This document shows positions 49,756 through 61,383 of a stretch of DNA of 64,000 nt, one piece after another (positions within the stretch are counted from its first letter, which is position 1; each line of letters opens with the position of its first letter). A model generated the notes under the pieces. The model made no database searches, was not told where the DNA came from, and worked only from the letters and a program-made list of their open reading frames with translations. The translations under genes and the position numbers were made by a program. Location of the stretch: contig NC_134027.1 in assembly GCF_964204645.1 (NCBI RefSeq), positions 15,594,485 to 15,658,484 of the forward strand. The letters are read 5' to 3'. This DNA is from Tubulanus polymorphus. Lineage: Eukaryota > Animalia > Nemertea.

Positions 49756-51077
49756 AACATAAAATCAATATCATCATACTCGAAATCACTATTGGCTTCT
49801 TCATTTTCATTTAATTGTTTAGGTTCTTCTTCCATTTCATTTTTCTCATTTAAATAAAGTTCTATCTTGTTCCACATTTCATCTCGCTCTCTTTGTTTCT
49901 TTTTGTTTGTTAATTCATCAAATGGAATTATAATATCTATGTTTAAATAATTTACAATCTTATTTATAAAGAATTCATAATTTATTGAATCTGTTATTCT
50001 ATTTTCCAAATGATACATTAATATTTGTTTGAATATTTGTTTGAATATTTTTTTAATATTTTTCATATCTTCTGTTAATTTAGGTTTTTCATAATAATCG
50101 TTAAATAATAAATATAAATACATTTTCTTTTGTTTTGTGTTAAATGTTGACGGAATAATTGTTTTTATAATATCTTTTTTAGTTATTTCACCATTTTTAT
50201 GTTCTATTATTTTCATTTTTTCAAGCCATTGCATATATTCTAGTGTATGATCTTCTATAGAAAATATTTTAAAAATTTCATCTAGATAATTTAATTTTGG
50301 ATGTATGAGAAAATTTCTAGTTTTTTCTTCACCCCATAAATTCTTTTGCCATCCACATTCATTACAAAATAACACAGTACCTTCTTGTCTTAAGGTCGCA
50401 TAACTACATTGTGGACATTTTCGTTTATAATTTATTAGTAATAGATCTTCATTAAGCTCTTGGTATTTTCTTACGTTTTCTTTATGTTTTATTGTTCTAT
50501 TATGTAGATTTGAATTACTTGTTGTAATAATCAATTCACAATATTTACAATAATATGTTTTTCTTGTTAATTCATTATATTGTTTTTCTAACTTTTCAAC
50601 TGTTTCTTTATTATCTGGTAACGTTTTCTCATATTTTATTTTTTCTAATAAAATATTTTTTCTTTCATTGAATTCTGCTTCAAATTTCTTAGAAATTTTA
50701 TCTATATGTGCTTTACGAAATTGATGATTCTCCCAATCTTCTGTATTTTCAGGGCTATATTTCATTCGACAAGGCTCACAGAAACGATCTTTTATATTAT
50801 CCTTATCATAGAATAAGAAAGGTCTTTTCCAAATAATTTCAGGTTCAACTTCAACAGAATTACTATTACTTTCGTTACTATCAACATTAGCCGTTGCGCC
50901 ATTAATTTTACACTTCTCTGAATGTTTTTAAACATAATTTCTTGAGAATAATATATTACATTTTGGGCAGTTTAGTTTAGGGGGTTTATAATTTTCATCA
51001 TGTTTTTTCATATGTCGAGCCATATTACTTTTTCTTAGAAGTTCACCATAAATTTCGCATGCTATCTTCTCATCCAT
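49752..51077 (-). pseudogene. VLTF3-like (poxvirus A2/NCLDV late transcription factor) protein with extra N-terminal Zn fingers
   Basis: Zn ribbon CPQC...FCNECG followed by a helical domain ending RITDSINYEFFINKIVNYL...LTNKKKQRERDEMWNKI. The true start is TAAATG at 51077, with a nonsense codon near 50928. Confidence 0.65.
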
Positions 51078-51145
51078 TTATTTAGGAAAAATTTTATTAA
51101 AATTAATTTTTAGTGATGAGCGGTAATTTTTTTATGTTATAAATA

Positions 51146-51901
51146 ATGGTAGAATTAAAAGAATACAGAATATTTGTTGATTGTAGAAAACTTACAAATT
51201 ATAAATCACATAATTTACTAGTACAATTAGATAGAGAATTTAAGAATTGTGTAGATTTAAAATTAGTTAATATAAGTTTATGTAACTCATTTTATAATAT
51301 AACGGCTAAAACTTTTGAACATAGAGACTTTTTAATTCATATTGGAAATAAAAATAAATGGTTTCATCTATTTTTAAAACCAGGATTATATAATTTAGAA
51401 ACATTAGCCCAAGAAATTAATCGGAAAGCACGATTAAAACTTGAAAGTGAAGATAAATTTTCAATTAGATTTATAAAAAGTGATAGTTCTGATAAAATTA
51501 AAATAAAGTTAGCCAATGAACAAAATAAATTTATGGTAAACAAACCAATAGCTAAAATGTTAGGAATTAAACCGCGTATTGTTACTGGAAACGTAGAAGG
51601 TAGCTCAAATATAATACCTTACACACATTTCTATATTTATTGCAATTTAATTGACCCAACAAAAACATTTGAAGCAACTAAAGATACAATTTGTAATTCT
51701 AGTATATTAAATATTTTACCATTAAAAAATGTTAAACAATTTGGAACGCAAATAAATTATAATTTAGCTGAATGTGATTTTAAACCTTGTATTCCGCATT
51801 TTAATAATTTTAGATTAGAAATTAGAAATCATAATGGATATTTAATTGATTTGAATAACTTTCCTGTAATTTATGAATTAGTTATAAGATGTAAAGAGTA
51901 A
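51146..51901 (+). CDS. P2 minor capsid (penton) protein
   Basis: Intact 251-aa ORF with a penton-like motif pattern; homologs in P1 and P3. Confidence 0.78.
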   Translation: MVELKEYRIFVDCRKLTNYKSHNLLVQLDREFKNCVDLKLVNISLCNSFYNITAKTFEHRDFLIHIGNKNKWFHLFLKPGLYNLETLAQEINRKARLKLESEDKFSIRFIKSDSSDKIKIKLANEQNKFMVNKPIAKMLGIKPRIVTGNVEGSSNIIPYTHFYIYCNLIDPTKTFEATKDTICNSSILNILPLKNVKQFGTQINYNLAECDFKPCIPHFNNFRLEIRNHNGYLIDLNNFPVIYELVIRCKE

Positions 51902-51917
51902 TTTTTTCATTATATAA

Positions 51918-52820
51918 ATGAATATAACTGTTGGACCGAGTATATGTTTTGGATTTGATTTTAAACGTGAGAAAGAAATGAAATTTAACATTAATGATGT
52001 AATTACACATATCAAAAATATTACATTTTCTAATTAAACAACATTTGAGTATGAAACAACAATAGATAAAGAAACTTTAAATGTAGAAAAGATTACTAAT
52101 TTAATTAGAGAATCTTTAAGATTTTATGAATTAGATGAAGGTTTTATTATAGATGATATTAAAAAAATAATAATTGAAATATATACAAATGAAACTAGTA
52201 ATGAAATAAATGTTGAATTAATCATAAATAAGTTAACTAAATATTTTGATGATAGTAATTTTTTTGATAAATAAATGAGTGATAATAAGTGGATAATAAC
52301 TGGATCATATAATGGCGCATTACTATCAGTTGGAACTGGTGGGTATTCAATGGTATTAAAAAAAGTATTTAAAATGGGAAGTGTTAATGTTGATAGATTT
52401 GATATAAATGATATTTAAAAGTTAACATTAGCAATTACTTTATCTAATTTAACTATTGATTATTTGGAAAAACAAAAATATATTCCTCCCATATAAATGC
52501 ATAATAAACAAAGAAGACATAACTTAGCGTTAGAGAAATATAATAAAGCTGCAGAAGAATATAGAGAAAAACGACAAAACTATATGGATTATATTAACAA
52601 GGAATTATATGATCAGAAGATTTCACATAGAGATTTTCAATCAGTTGATGATGCAATGAGTTTATATAACGCAGTAACAAATAAAGAAAAATTACATCTA
52701 TACAAACCTAAATTATCAGATTATTATACCCCAAGTAAAGAACAACAGAAATATGATATAATATGGATTTTAGGTGGAACTGTTATTGTTATATTTGTAG
52801 CATATAAATTTACTAATTAG
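51918..52820 (+). pseudogene. Three small P2 structural-block genes (51918-52274, 52275-52496, 52497-52820), each damaged
   Basis: Homologous to 18550-19575. The first two have in-frame TAA codons; the hydrophobic N-terminus of the third is deleted. Confidence 0.8.
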
Positions 52821-52838
52821 TAATTTTTTTCTAAATAA

Positions 52839-53273
52839 ATGGAAGATAAAGTTGATAGTATTGATATCATTCCTCATGATATAAATAAAACTAAATTAAA
52901 AATATATTTAGAAAAACAAATATTAGAATTTGAAAGTGACTTAAAGATAAAAAAGAAAAAATATTTAAAAAGTAAAATTAAATATTATTTGATTATTAGT
53001 GGTTCGGTTACAATTAGTTCTGTAATAACATTTCTAGCAATATTCAGTCCATTAACACCTTTAGCTATATCAATTGGTGTGTTAGGATTAAGTTCAAGTG
53101 TTTTAACTGGTATAAGTTCAAAATTAAATATAAAAAGTAATAAAGAAAAAATTAAAACTAATATAAAAGAAATTAATAAATTAAAGAACACACTAAATTA
53201 TATCATAAGTTTAAATGGTCATATAACAGTTGAAGAACAAGATAAATTATTAAAAGAATTAATAAATTATTAA
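52839..53273 (+). CDS. Two-TM membrane protein (P2)
   Basis: Near-identical to 19594-20028. Confidence 0.78.
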   Translation: MEDKVDSIDIIPHDINKTKLKIYLEKQILEFESDLKIKKKKYLKSKIKYYLIISGSVTISSVITFLAIFSPLTPLAISIGVLGLSSSVLTGISSKLNIKSNKEKIKTNIKEINKLKNTLNYIISLNGHITVEEQDKLLKELINY

Positions 53274-53289
53274 TTTTTTAATTATATAA

Positions 53290-54678
53290 ATGGTAGATAG
53301 TTTTCCAAAAGCTTTCCAATATAATAAATCAATTAAATATAATATTCCAGCAATAGATTTTAATAAAGATATTACATATAGAAATGAAGTTTTAGATTCA
53401 CTAACTAATTTAAAAATTTATGTTACTGAAACTAATAATTTTAATGCAAAGATGGAAAATATATTTCATGTATATTTAATTAATTTTAAAAAATTGAAAG
53501 ATGAAAAACAATGGTTATTAAAATCTAATATGAAGTATTGGCAGAACCAATTAAATTTTGCTGTTTATTGTGCAACAACGGGTTGTGGAATTAGTTGGAA
53601 TGATCATTTGAATAATTCTAAATATAAATTAATTCAAAGTTTATTTAGATTTCATACATACTTTCAAATAAGAATAATATTAAATGAATTAGAGTGCGCT
53701 TTACCAGGATCTAGGTATTTTAAAGAATTAGATAATTATATTAATTTATCAAAGTTTTATAAAATTTGTAATGAATTTAACATAGATATAAATAAATCTG
53801 ATTTTAGAACAAAAATTGGAACAATAAGATCACTTCCTTGCCCTAAAAAGATTGCAGAATATTGTGCACTTCCCATACCATCTAATAGCTTTTATAATAT
53901 CTATAGTAATAAATTAGGTTATGGTAAAATAGAAACTAAGGATTTAGAAACATTAAATTTCAATAAATTACCGACATTTTATGATAATTTAAAACAAGAA
54001 AACAATAATGGTTGGGTTTATTTCATTTTAGAAAATAATGAAGGTTTTACAAAATCAGGTATACAAAGAATAAATCAATCTATTAGAACTTATTTGATAT
54101 GTATTTTAGGTGCGCAAGTTGAAACAAGATCCCCAATAATTGGAAATTTAAATACATCATTTGATACACAGAAACAATTCAAAGTATTATTTGAAGATTC
54201 TATTCATAATGATAAAAATAGATCGATTCCAGAAAACATTGTAAGATATCAAAATTATTTAGATAAATCACATATTAGATTAAATTATTGTATAGGCCCT
54301 AATCTATTTATTATTTCTAATGATTTAGTATTAAAGATGGGAAACATAATTGGTTATAATAATCTAATTAAAACTGCAACAATAAATAATTCATTTGGAT
54401 TGAATGATATAAATAAAAAGATAATTACTGCTCCAAAATTAATGGAAGGTGAAAAAAATAAAAAACATATTCAATCAACAGAAACTAAAACTAGGAATAT
54501 TAAATTGGATAATGATTCCAAAATAAAAGATTACAATACTACAGAAAATATTAAAACTGATAATATTCAACATGATATAATTAAAGCTGATAATGATAAT
54601 AAATCCCATGAAAATACTAAATTAGCTATAACTTGTATAGGAATTGTAATCGGAGGAATATTATATTTTAAATTTTAA
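53290..54678 (+). CDS. Conserved Polinton protein with C-terminal TM anchor (P2)
   Basis: 462-aa homolog of 20045-21370 with a divergent central segment. Confidence 0.8.
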   Translation: MVDSFPKAFQYNKSIKYNIPAIDFNKDITYRNEVLDSLTNLKIYVTETNNFNAKMENIFHVYLINFKKLKDEKQWLLKSNMKYWQNQLNFAVYCATTGCGISWNDHLNNSKYKLIQSLFRFHTYFQIRIILNELECALPGSRYFKELDNYINLSKFYKICNEFNIDINKSDFRTKIGTIRSLPCPKKIAEYCALPIPSNSFYNIYSNKLGYGKIETKDLETLNFNKLPTFYDNLKQENNNGWVYFILENNEGFTKSGIQRINQSIRTYLICILGAQVETRSPIIGNLNTSFDTQKQFKVLFEDSIHNDKNRSIPENIVRYQNYLDKSHIRLNYCIGPNLFIISNDLVLKMGNIIGYNNLIKTATINNSFGLNDINKKIITAPKLMEGEKNKKHIQSTETKTRNIKLDNDSKIKDYNTTENIKTDNIQHDIIKADNDNKSHENTKLAITCIGIVIGGILYFKF

Positions 54679-54694
54679 TTTTTTTATTATATAA

Positions 54695-56152
54695 ATGGAT
54701 GTAGAAGGTGGAGAAGATATTGGAATGGATAATTTTGATGAACCTGGCATAACTGATGAACAACCGCCTGATTTTGATGAAACAAGTTTTAATGATGGTA
54801 ATGAGCCAGAATATAATAATAATTTGAATATGCCTGATTATATTAAAAATGCAGAATCACAATTAAATCCTGAAAATTTAGACCCAGATTTAGTAAAACA
54901 AGATTTAGATAATTTAAACAAAATACCTAAATTAGAAGATTTAATTGAAAAATCTAAACTTAACATAAATGATGAAGACGTTGGACTTTTAGCAGATCAA
55001 TTAAAATTTTTAGATAATGGTTAATGTTATTATCGTTTGAAAGGTGATTATTATATTGATATCACTCATAAAAATAATAAAAATAAAATATTATCAGAAT
55101 CAACTTTAGAAAAATTAAAACCAGATAGAATTAAAATAATAAGTAATAGTAATGAAATAACTGATGTTACACAAAAAGAAATAGATGATAATATAGACGT
55201 ATTTAAACAAAGAATTAATGAATTATTTGAAATAATCAAAAAGAAATCAGAAACAGAAACAACTTCTGAACAGAATATAACTTCCAAAAATAGTAAACTT
55301 AAATCAAATAAAGTTCCAATTGAAAAAATTTTACCGAATGGATTACTTGATGCAACAGATCAAGAATTAGAAGATTTAGATATATATTCTGATAAAGCAA
55401 TTAGAGAAATTATTAGTATAAGACTTGCATCTGATAAAATTGCACATAATAAAAGTATAAGAGATCAAAAAATTATGTATTTAGAAAAAGAATTAACTGA
55501 TAAAAATAAAGAAATAGAACAATTAAAATTAGATAGAGATAATAAAGTTATTGAAGAAATCGAATTAAAAAAAGGAAATGCATATTTAGAAAAAGAAATT
55601 AATAATTTAAAGGATAATTTAGAAGTACAAAAAGAAGAAATTAAATTATTATTAAAATCATATGATTATAATATAAATAGATTAAAAGTTATTTTTAAAG
55701 ATTTATTGATAAAACCAAATTCTGAAATATCACTGAAAGATAGAATAAAGTTATTATTTAAATTAGAAGGAATAACAATTCTTTCAATTCTAACAGCTGT
55801 AACTATGTTATTTACAACAATTGGTTTAGCAATATCAAATGCTTTGAAATCTACTCCTACTCCCAATAAACCGGATAAACCCCCGAATGATAATAATTCT
55901 ATACAAGATAAAGTTAAGGATGGTTTAAAGAAATTAGCAAAATATTTATGGGAACTATCTAAAAAATCTGCTGCAGCATTGCCAGGAGTTATTGCATCAA
56001 TTGTTGGTTTTATATTGAAATCTGCTGGGAATATTCTTAACTTTGCTGCTGAACATATTATTTTATTTTTAATTACAGTTGTAAGTGCTATCATTTTTGG
56101 GTTAGTAAATATGATATCAAAAAGATATCAAGAAAAAAATAATAAAAAATAA
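54695..56152 (+). pseudogene. Acidic/coiled-coil/TM protein (P2), one in-frame stop
   Basis: TAA at 55022-24 where P1 has AAA; C-terminal half nearly identical to P1. Confidence 0.78.
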
Positions 56153-56176
56153 ATAATTAATTTTTTTGTTTAATAA

Positions 56177-57424
56177 ATGAGTGGGAGTTATATAAGTCCT
56201 TCTAAGATTTCTAGAATATCTAATGCTATTAAAGCAGAAAGATCACATTATATAATTACTAATAACCCTTCAAATATTAATCCCGATGAAACTTTATATG
56301 TTAGAATTCCTAGATTAACACAAAATACTTTTTATGTTCCAAATAGTATTTATTTATCAGCCGATATAAAAGTAACTGGCCATGATAACAATTATGTTGT
56401 TGATAATGATGGAAGATATTTGATTAAAAAATTAACTATAAAGATTGGTCCGGAAACAGTTTTCTCATTAGATGATTATAATTTATTTATGCATTATAAA
56501 GATTTATGGTTAACTAAAGAAAATAGAAATGATATGATATTTCAGGGTATTCAATCGGAAAACCATAATAAATTAAGATCAGAAGCTAATGACGCAATAG
56601 TAAGTCGTGCCACAGATAATTTGATTAAAAAGATTTATGGAAGCAAATATAAAATTCCATTAGACTTTGAATTGATAAATAATAATGCACCTTTATATAA
56701 ATACGCAATTCAAGAAGATATTATATTTGAGATAACATTTGCTCCTGTAAATGAAATTGTATTATCTAGCGTTGTTAAAGATATGGGTTATAAATTATCG
56801 AATATATGTTTAGAATATGACACAGTAACTAATGAAAATATTGCTAGCACAATTCAAACTCAATACAATCAAGGATTTTCATTATTATATGATTATATTG
56901 ATACATTTAAAACTGTAACTATTAATGCAAATGATGAAATTATTAATGAGAATATTAACTTCCCAAGAAGATCTATTAAAGGTATATTAATATTTTTTAC
57001 CATTGCAACATATTCTAATGGCGCAATAAAGGTTGATCATTATTATAATCCTGAAATAACAAAAGTAGAAATAACTATCGAAGGAATAGCAAATAAAATA
57101 TTTTGTCAGGGAATGAGAATGATAGATCAATGGCCAGAAATTAGAAAACATTTTATGAATGAAAAAGTAAAATCATTTGAAAATTGTAATATTAATCAAA
57201 TTGATTATTATACCGGCAATAAATATGCATTATGGTTAGATTTTAGAACAACAGAGGATAATTCATTACATGGTTCTGGAAAAAAACTACAGAACACTAA
57301 AGATGGAATACAATTATTCATGAAAAAGAAAAAAGGAAGCTTAAATTTTAAAATGCACATTTATATTATATCTGACGCGCAATTAAATATTGTAAATTCA
57401 CAATTAGATAGTATTCAATATTAG
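56177..57424 (+). CDS. P2 major capsid protein (putative double jelly-roll)
   Basis: Intact 415-aa ORF, same length as and closely similar to the P1 capsid protein. Confidence 0.75.
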   Translation: MSGSYISPSKISRISNAIKAERSHYIITNNPSNINPDETLYVRIPRLTQNTFYVPNSIYLSADIKVTGHDNNYVVDNDGRYLIKKLTIKIGPETVFSLDDYNLFMHYKDLWLTKENRNDMIFQGIQSENHNKLRSEANDAIVSRATDNLIKKIYGSKYKIPLDFELINNNAPLYKYAIQEDIIFEITFAPVNEIVLSSVVKDMGYKLSNICLEYDTVTNENIASTIQTQYNQGFSLLYDYIDTFKTVTINANDEIINENINFPRRSIKGILIFFTIATYSNGAIKVDHYYNPEITKVEITIEGIANKIFCQGMRMIDQWPEIRKHFMNEKVKSFENCNINQIDYYTGNKYALWLDFRTTEDNSLHGSGKKLQNTKDGIQLFMKKKKGSLNFKMHIYIISDAQLNIVNSQLDSIQY

Positions 57425-57454
57425 AAATATAAAGTTAAAATTAAGGATATATAA

Positions 57455-58576
57455 ATGGGTGGTAAAAAAACTCCTAATACTAAAGAACAATATTTAAGAA
57501 ATTTATATTACAACCCTGAGAGTTCGGTTGCTTATTCTTCTACTAAAAATATATGGCGTCAAGTAAAACAAGATAAATTAGATAAGATAATCCCACAAAA
57601 TTTAGTTAAATATAAAGATATAAATGAATTTATGTTAGAACAACCAACATATACAACACATAAAAAAATTGTTAGAAAATATAAAACTCGTAAAACTATG
57701 GTAAGTTATGTAGATCAACAGTGGCAAGGAGATTTAATTGATATGAAAAATGTTAAGAAAGATAATGATGATTATTGGTGGTTATTGAATATAATTTTTA
57801 GTCGTTATGTATGGAGTTTCCCACTTTATAGAAAAGATGCTGTACAAACATCAAATGTTTTAAGAAAATTTCTTTCGGATGATAAACTAAAACCAGAAAA
57901 AATACAATTTGATGATGGAAAAGAGTTTGATAATTCACTTGTTCATGAACTCTTAGATAATCATAATATTAAATATTTTTCAACAAAATCAGATAAAAAA
58001 GCAGCAGTTGTTGAACGATTTAATAGAACATTAAGAACAAGAATGTGGAAATATTTTACAGCAAATAATACTTTTAAATGGATTGATGTTTTACCAAAAT
58101 TGATAGAAGGATATAATAATTCTTATCATTCTTCTATTGGAATGAAACCTATTGATGCTAGAAAACCTGAAAATGCTGAAATTGTTTGGAATAATTTATA
58201 TGGAGCATTTCTTGTAGATGATTTTGGTGAACCTAAATTTAAAGTTGGTCAAAATGTTAGAATTTCTAAGTATAAAAAGATATTTGATAAAGGATACGAT
58301 CGAAATTTTACCAGAGAAATATATAAAATAAAAAAAGTAATAACAACAATACCATATGTCTATAAATTAGAAGATTTAGATGGTGAAGAAGTTGATGGCT
58401 ACTTTTACGAAGAAGAATTAAGTTTAACTACTGAAAATCTAGAACAAGAATATAAAATTGAAAAAGTATTAAAAACAAAAACTATTAAAAGAAAAAAATA
58501 TTCTTTAGTAAAATGGGTTGGATGGCCAGATAAATTCAATGAATGGATATTATCAAGTAAAATTAAAAATATATAA
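57455..58576 (+). CDS. int: P2 RVE integrase with chromodomain
   Basis: WQGDLIDM, QFDDGKEF and VVERFNRTLR, plus a C-terminal LVKWVGWPDKFNEWI; 2-aa deletion relative to P1. Confidence 0.92.
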   Translation: MGGKKTPNTKEQYLRNLYYNPESSVAYSSTKNIWRQVKQDKLDKIIPQNLVKYKDINEFMLEQPTYTTHKKIVRKYKTRKTMVSYVDQQWQGDLIDMKNVKKDNDDYWWLLNIIFSRYVWSFPLYRKDAVQTSNVLRKFLSDDKLKPEKIQFDDGKEFDNSLVHELLDNHNIKYFSTKSDKKAAVVERFNRTLRTRMWKYFTANNTFKWIDVLPKLIEGYNNSYHSSIGMKPIDARKPENAEIVWNNLYGAFLVDDFGEPKFKVGQNVRISKYKKIFDKGYDRNFTREIYKIKKVITTIPYVYKLEDLDGEEVDGYFYEEELSLTTENLEQEYKIEKVLKTKTIKRKKYSLVKWVGWPDKFNEWILSSKIKNI

Positions 58577-59184
58577 ATGAATAAGGAATTATTTATATTT
58601 GAGCCTCATAATATGTTAATTTCTGGCGTAACAAATTGTGGAAAAACTTATTTTATATTAAATTTATTAGAAACTGTTTATGAAAACTATTTTGATAATA
58701 TAGTATTATTTTGCCCAACATATGAATTTAATCAAACTTATGATAGAAATATTACTAGAAATAATAAATTTATTATATTAGATCCTAAAACAGTAAAAGA
58801 AAATTTAGATAATTGTATAAAAATAGCAATTGATATTTATAAAGGATCAAATACATTATTCATTATAGATGATTGTGCTAATCTACATGATTCAAAAGTT
58901 AGAGAAAGTGAGTTATGTTATTTAGCTTTTTCTGGCAGACATTTTGGGATAACAACTTGGGTTTTAAATCAAAAATATAATTCAATTGTTAAAGATTTTA
59001 GGGAGAATATAAGATTTCTAGTTTTATTCTACAATAAAGATAGAAAATCGATGAAAATGCACTTGAGGAAAATGATATTATTCCACATGATTTACATAAT
59101 GAATATATGGATAAGTTGAAAAATATTAAAAGATCAAAATTACTATTTAGATTACAACACCCATTTAAATATGAATTTATTTAA
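58577..59184 (+). pseudogene. P2 packaging ATPase (frameshift near 59060)
   Basis: GVTNCGKT, LFIIDD and GRHFG motifs; the C-terminus RLQHPFKYEFI lies in another frame. Confidence 0.88.
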
Positions 59185-59391
59185 ATTCAACTAGCTTGTT
59201 AATCTAGTTTAATTCTAGTTACATTCTAGTTGAATTCTAGTTGTTAGTAGTTGAAACAAAAATCAACTAGATTTAACTAGAAATAAACAAAAACAACAAT
59301 ATTTCAACTAGCTTGTTAATCTAGTTTAATTCTAGTAACATTCTAGTTGAATTCTAGTTGCAACATCACAACTAATTTATTTGTTATATAA

Positions 59392-59997
59392 ATGGGAGGT
59401 GAAAAGAAAAGAAAATCTAAAAATGCTGATGTTCCAATTGAAAAAACTTTAGATGATTTAGGAATAACAGAAAACAAATTAACTCCAGATGATGGTGCTT
59501 TAAATAATGTTACAAAAAATAATAATTATGAATATTATCTTTATTGTAAACATCAATTAGAAATATTAATAGCATCTGGAAAATGTAAAAATTTTGTCGG
59601 TAAAAATTTAACTTATAATGAATTAGATACAATGAAATCAGATGAAATTATTAGATTATTTAAGATTTATGAAGCCGCGAGAACAGCTAGAATTAATGAT
59701 GCGATATCAGAAAATGTAGTAAAAGCTTATAGTAAATTATGTAATTATATACTACCAATTGAAGATGAAAATAGATTATATTCCGATTTAAAAAATTACT
59801 ATTTAGTTATGACTGAATTAAATAAATGGATTGGATATTTATCATTTCAATTAGGCGGATTTATGACATTATTATCAACTGGGGTTATAACATTTTCAAA
59901 TATTGAAAGTAAAAATATTTCTATAATAAATGAGCGAGGTGAAAGAAGTGAAGGAATTAACTGTGAAGAAAAAACCGAGATCACAGAAACAAATTGA
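59392..59997 (+). CDS. Conserved Polinton hypothetical protein with C-terminal hydrophobic segment
   Basis: 201-aa ORF, homolog of 33868-34456. Confidence 0.78.
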   Translation: MGGEKKRKSKNADVPIEKTLDDLGITENKLTPDDGALNNVTKNNNYEYYLYCKHQLEILIASGKCKNFVGKNLTYNELDTMKSDEIIRLFKIYEAARTARINDAISENVVKAYSKLCNYILPIEDENRLYSDLKNYYLVMTELNKWIGYLSFQLGGFMTLLSTGVITFSNIESKNISIINERGERSEGINCEEKTEITETN

Positions 59998-60313
59998 ATG
60001 GTCTCGGCAATTAGGAATTAAATCACAAGAATATAAAAAAGCTGTAAAAGAAAAAATAAGTAATAAAAATGGTGAAAATATTGTTATTTCTACTCCTTCT
60101 AATAATAGAATATTTGATAAATGTCTATATTTTACAGTTGGATTTGTAATTGTATTCATTTTGATTGGGTGTAATTGGTATAAGAAATCAAATAAAATTC
60201 ATGATATTAATAATTCTGAAACAACTGCTATCAAAAATGAAAATACTTCTGAAATTCCAAAATTGATAATAAAAAAATGGATTAATATTTTAGAAAAAAA
60301 GCAAAAAAAATAA
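59930..60313 (+). CDS. Small basic single-TM protein (P2)
   Basis: KKPRSQKQIEWSRQLG plus a TM segment; TAAATG start; homolog of 33508-33861. Confidence 0.72.
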   Translation: MSEVKEVKELTVKKKPRSQKQIEWSRQLGIKSQEYKKAVKEKISNKNGENIVISTPSNNRIFDKCLYFTVGFVIVFILIGCNWYKKSNKIHDINNSETTAIKNENTSEIPKLIIKKWINILEKKQKK

Positions 60314-61383
60314 TATTTTTTAATTAATTGAATATCTCACTACTTTTGTCTATCTATGCGGAGCAATTAAATTGTCCAGATAAGTCATTTCGGATTCTAG
60401 ATATTCATTATTTTTATTAATTTATTTTGTTTTTACTTGAATATTGTATTACAGTCGTTTCTTATTATTAGTTTTTTCTTAAATTGAAAGATGGCAGCAC
60501 TGGGCGTGTTGCTAAAATGAATATTTGAATTTGAATTTGAATTTGTTTATCAATTAACATAGTAATTTATTACTAATTTGATTAAAAATTATATCATAAT
60601 TAAGTTAAAAATCCATAATTCATTTATCAGTTTTCATTCTTATATTCTTTTCATTCGGAATAATTTATAATTTCAAATTTCACATATTTTTTAGCACCAG
60701 CAACATTTACTTAGGTGTTTTAGCTAAGTATATAAGGCAATTCATTCAACCACTGGAGTAGCTCTGGCCAGCAGAGGCATTTTGAAAATGCACCTTCGTC
60801 CACTCTCCGGGTTTCTCCTTCGGTTTCGAATTTCAAGATTGGTAGAAATTACATTAGGCGCCTTTAATATAATGTGATTTCTGCCAATCATTGAAGGAGA
60901 TCCCGGTTGACGTGGGTCGCGGGGGTGTAAGTAGAAATGACGGGGGATAAGCGTCCCGTGGCGCCTTTCAATAATGGGATGCTTATCCCCTGAAAACTCT
61001 GTAGGTCGAGGATAGGGCAATTTTGCTCAAACTTACCGTAAAAACATTGAAATATTCCTTTTAATCACGAGAGAATGATGACTATCCTTCGTCACGGCCG
61101 AGCTAATTTAAATAAACCTCGCTTTCAGCAACCATTGAAAACGTGGTGGTTCAATGCCGGCTAACTGGCCTGTGTGTGTTGTATGTACTGCGTGCTTATT
61201 ATATAACTGCTAGCTATCCAATATAACAACAACGTTGTGCAACACCTGTTTGATTGATCAATATTCAAATGAAGCACTCTCTTATAATAACATGTAACAG
61301 ATGTTTGACTGTATGATTGTAGTTGTTTATAAAACGACTAAGGTCATTTTGGATTCTAGATATTCATTATTTTTATTTTTTAT

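Noticed and set aside
44705-56152. Many in-frame TAA/TGA codons in Polinton genes suggesting stop-codon reassignment or readthrough
   Set aside because: Aligned positions in sister elements encode different residues (Ser, Leu, Lys, Glu), typically one substitution from a stop, and frameshifts co-occur. This is ordinary decay.
60742-61020. 92-aa minus-strand ORF in the P2 non-coding island
   Set aside because: Non-ATG start, no TAAATG, composition unlike other Polinton genes, and no counterpart ORF in the P1 island.
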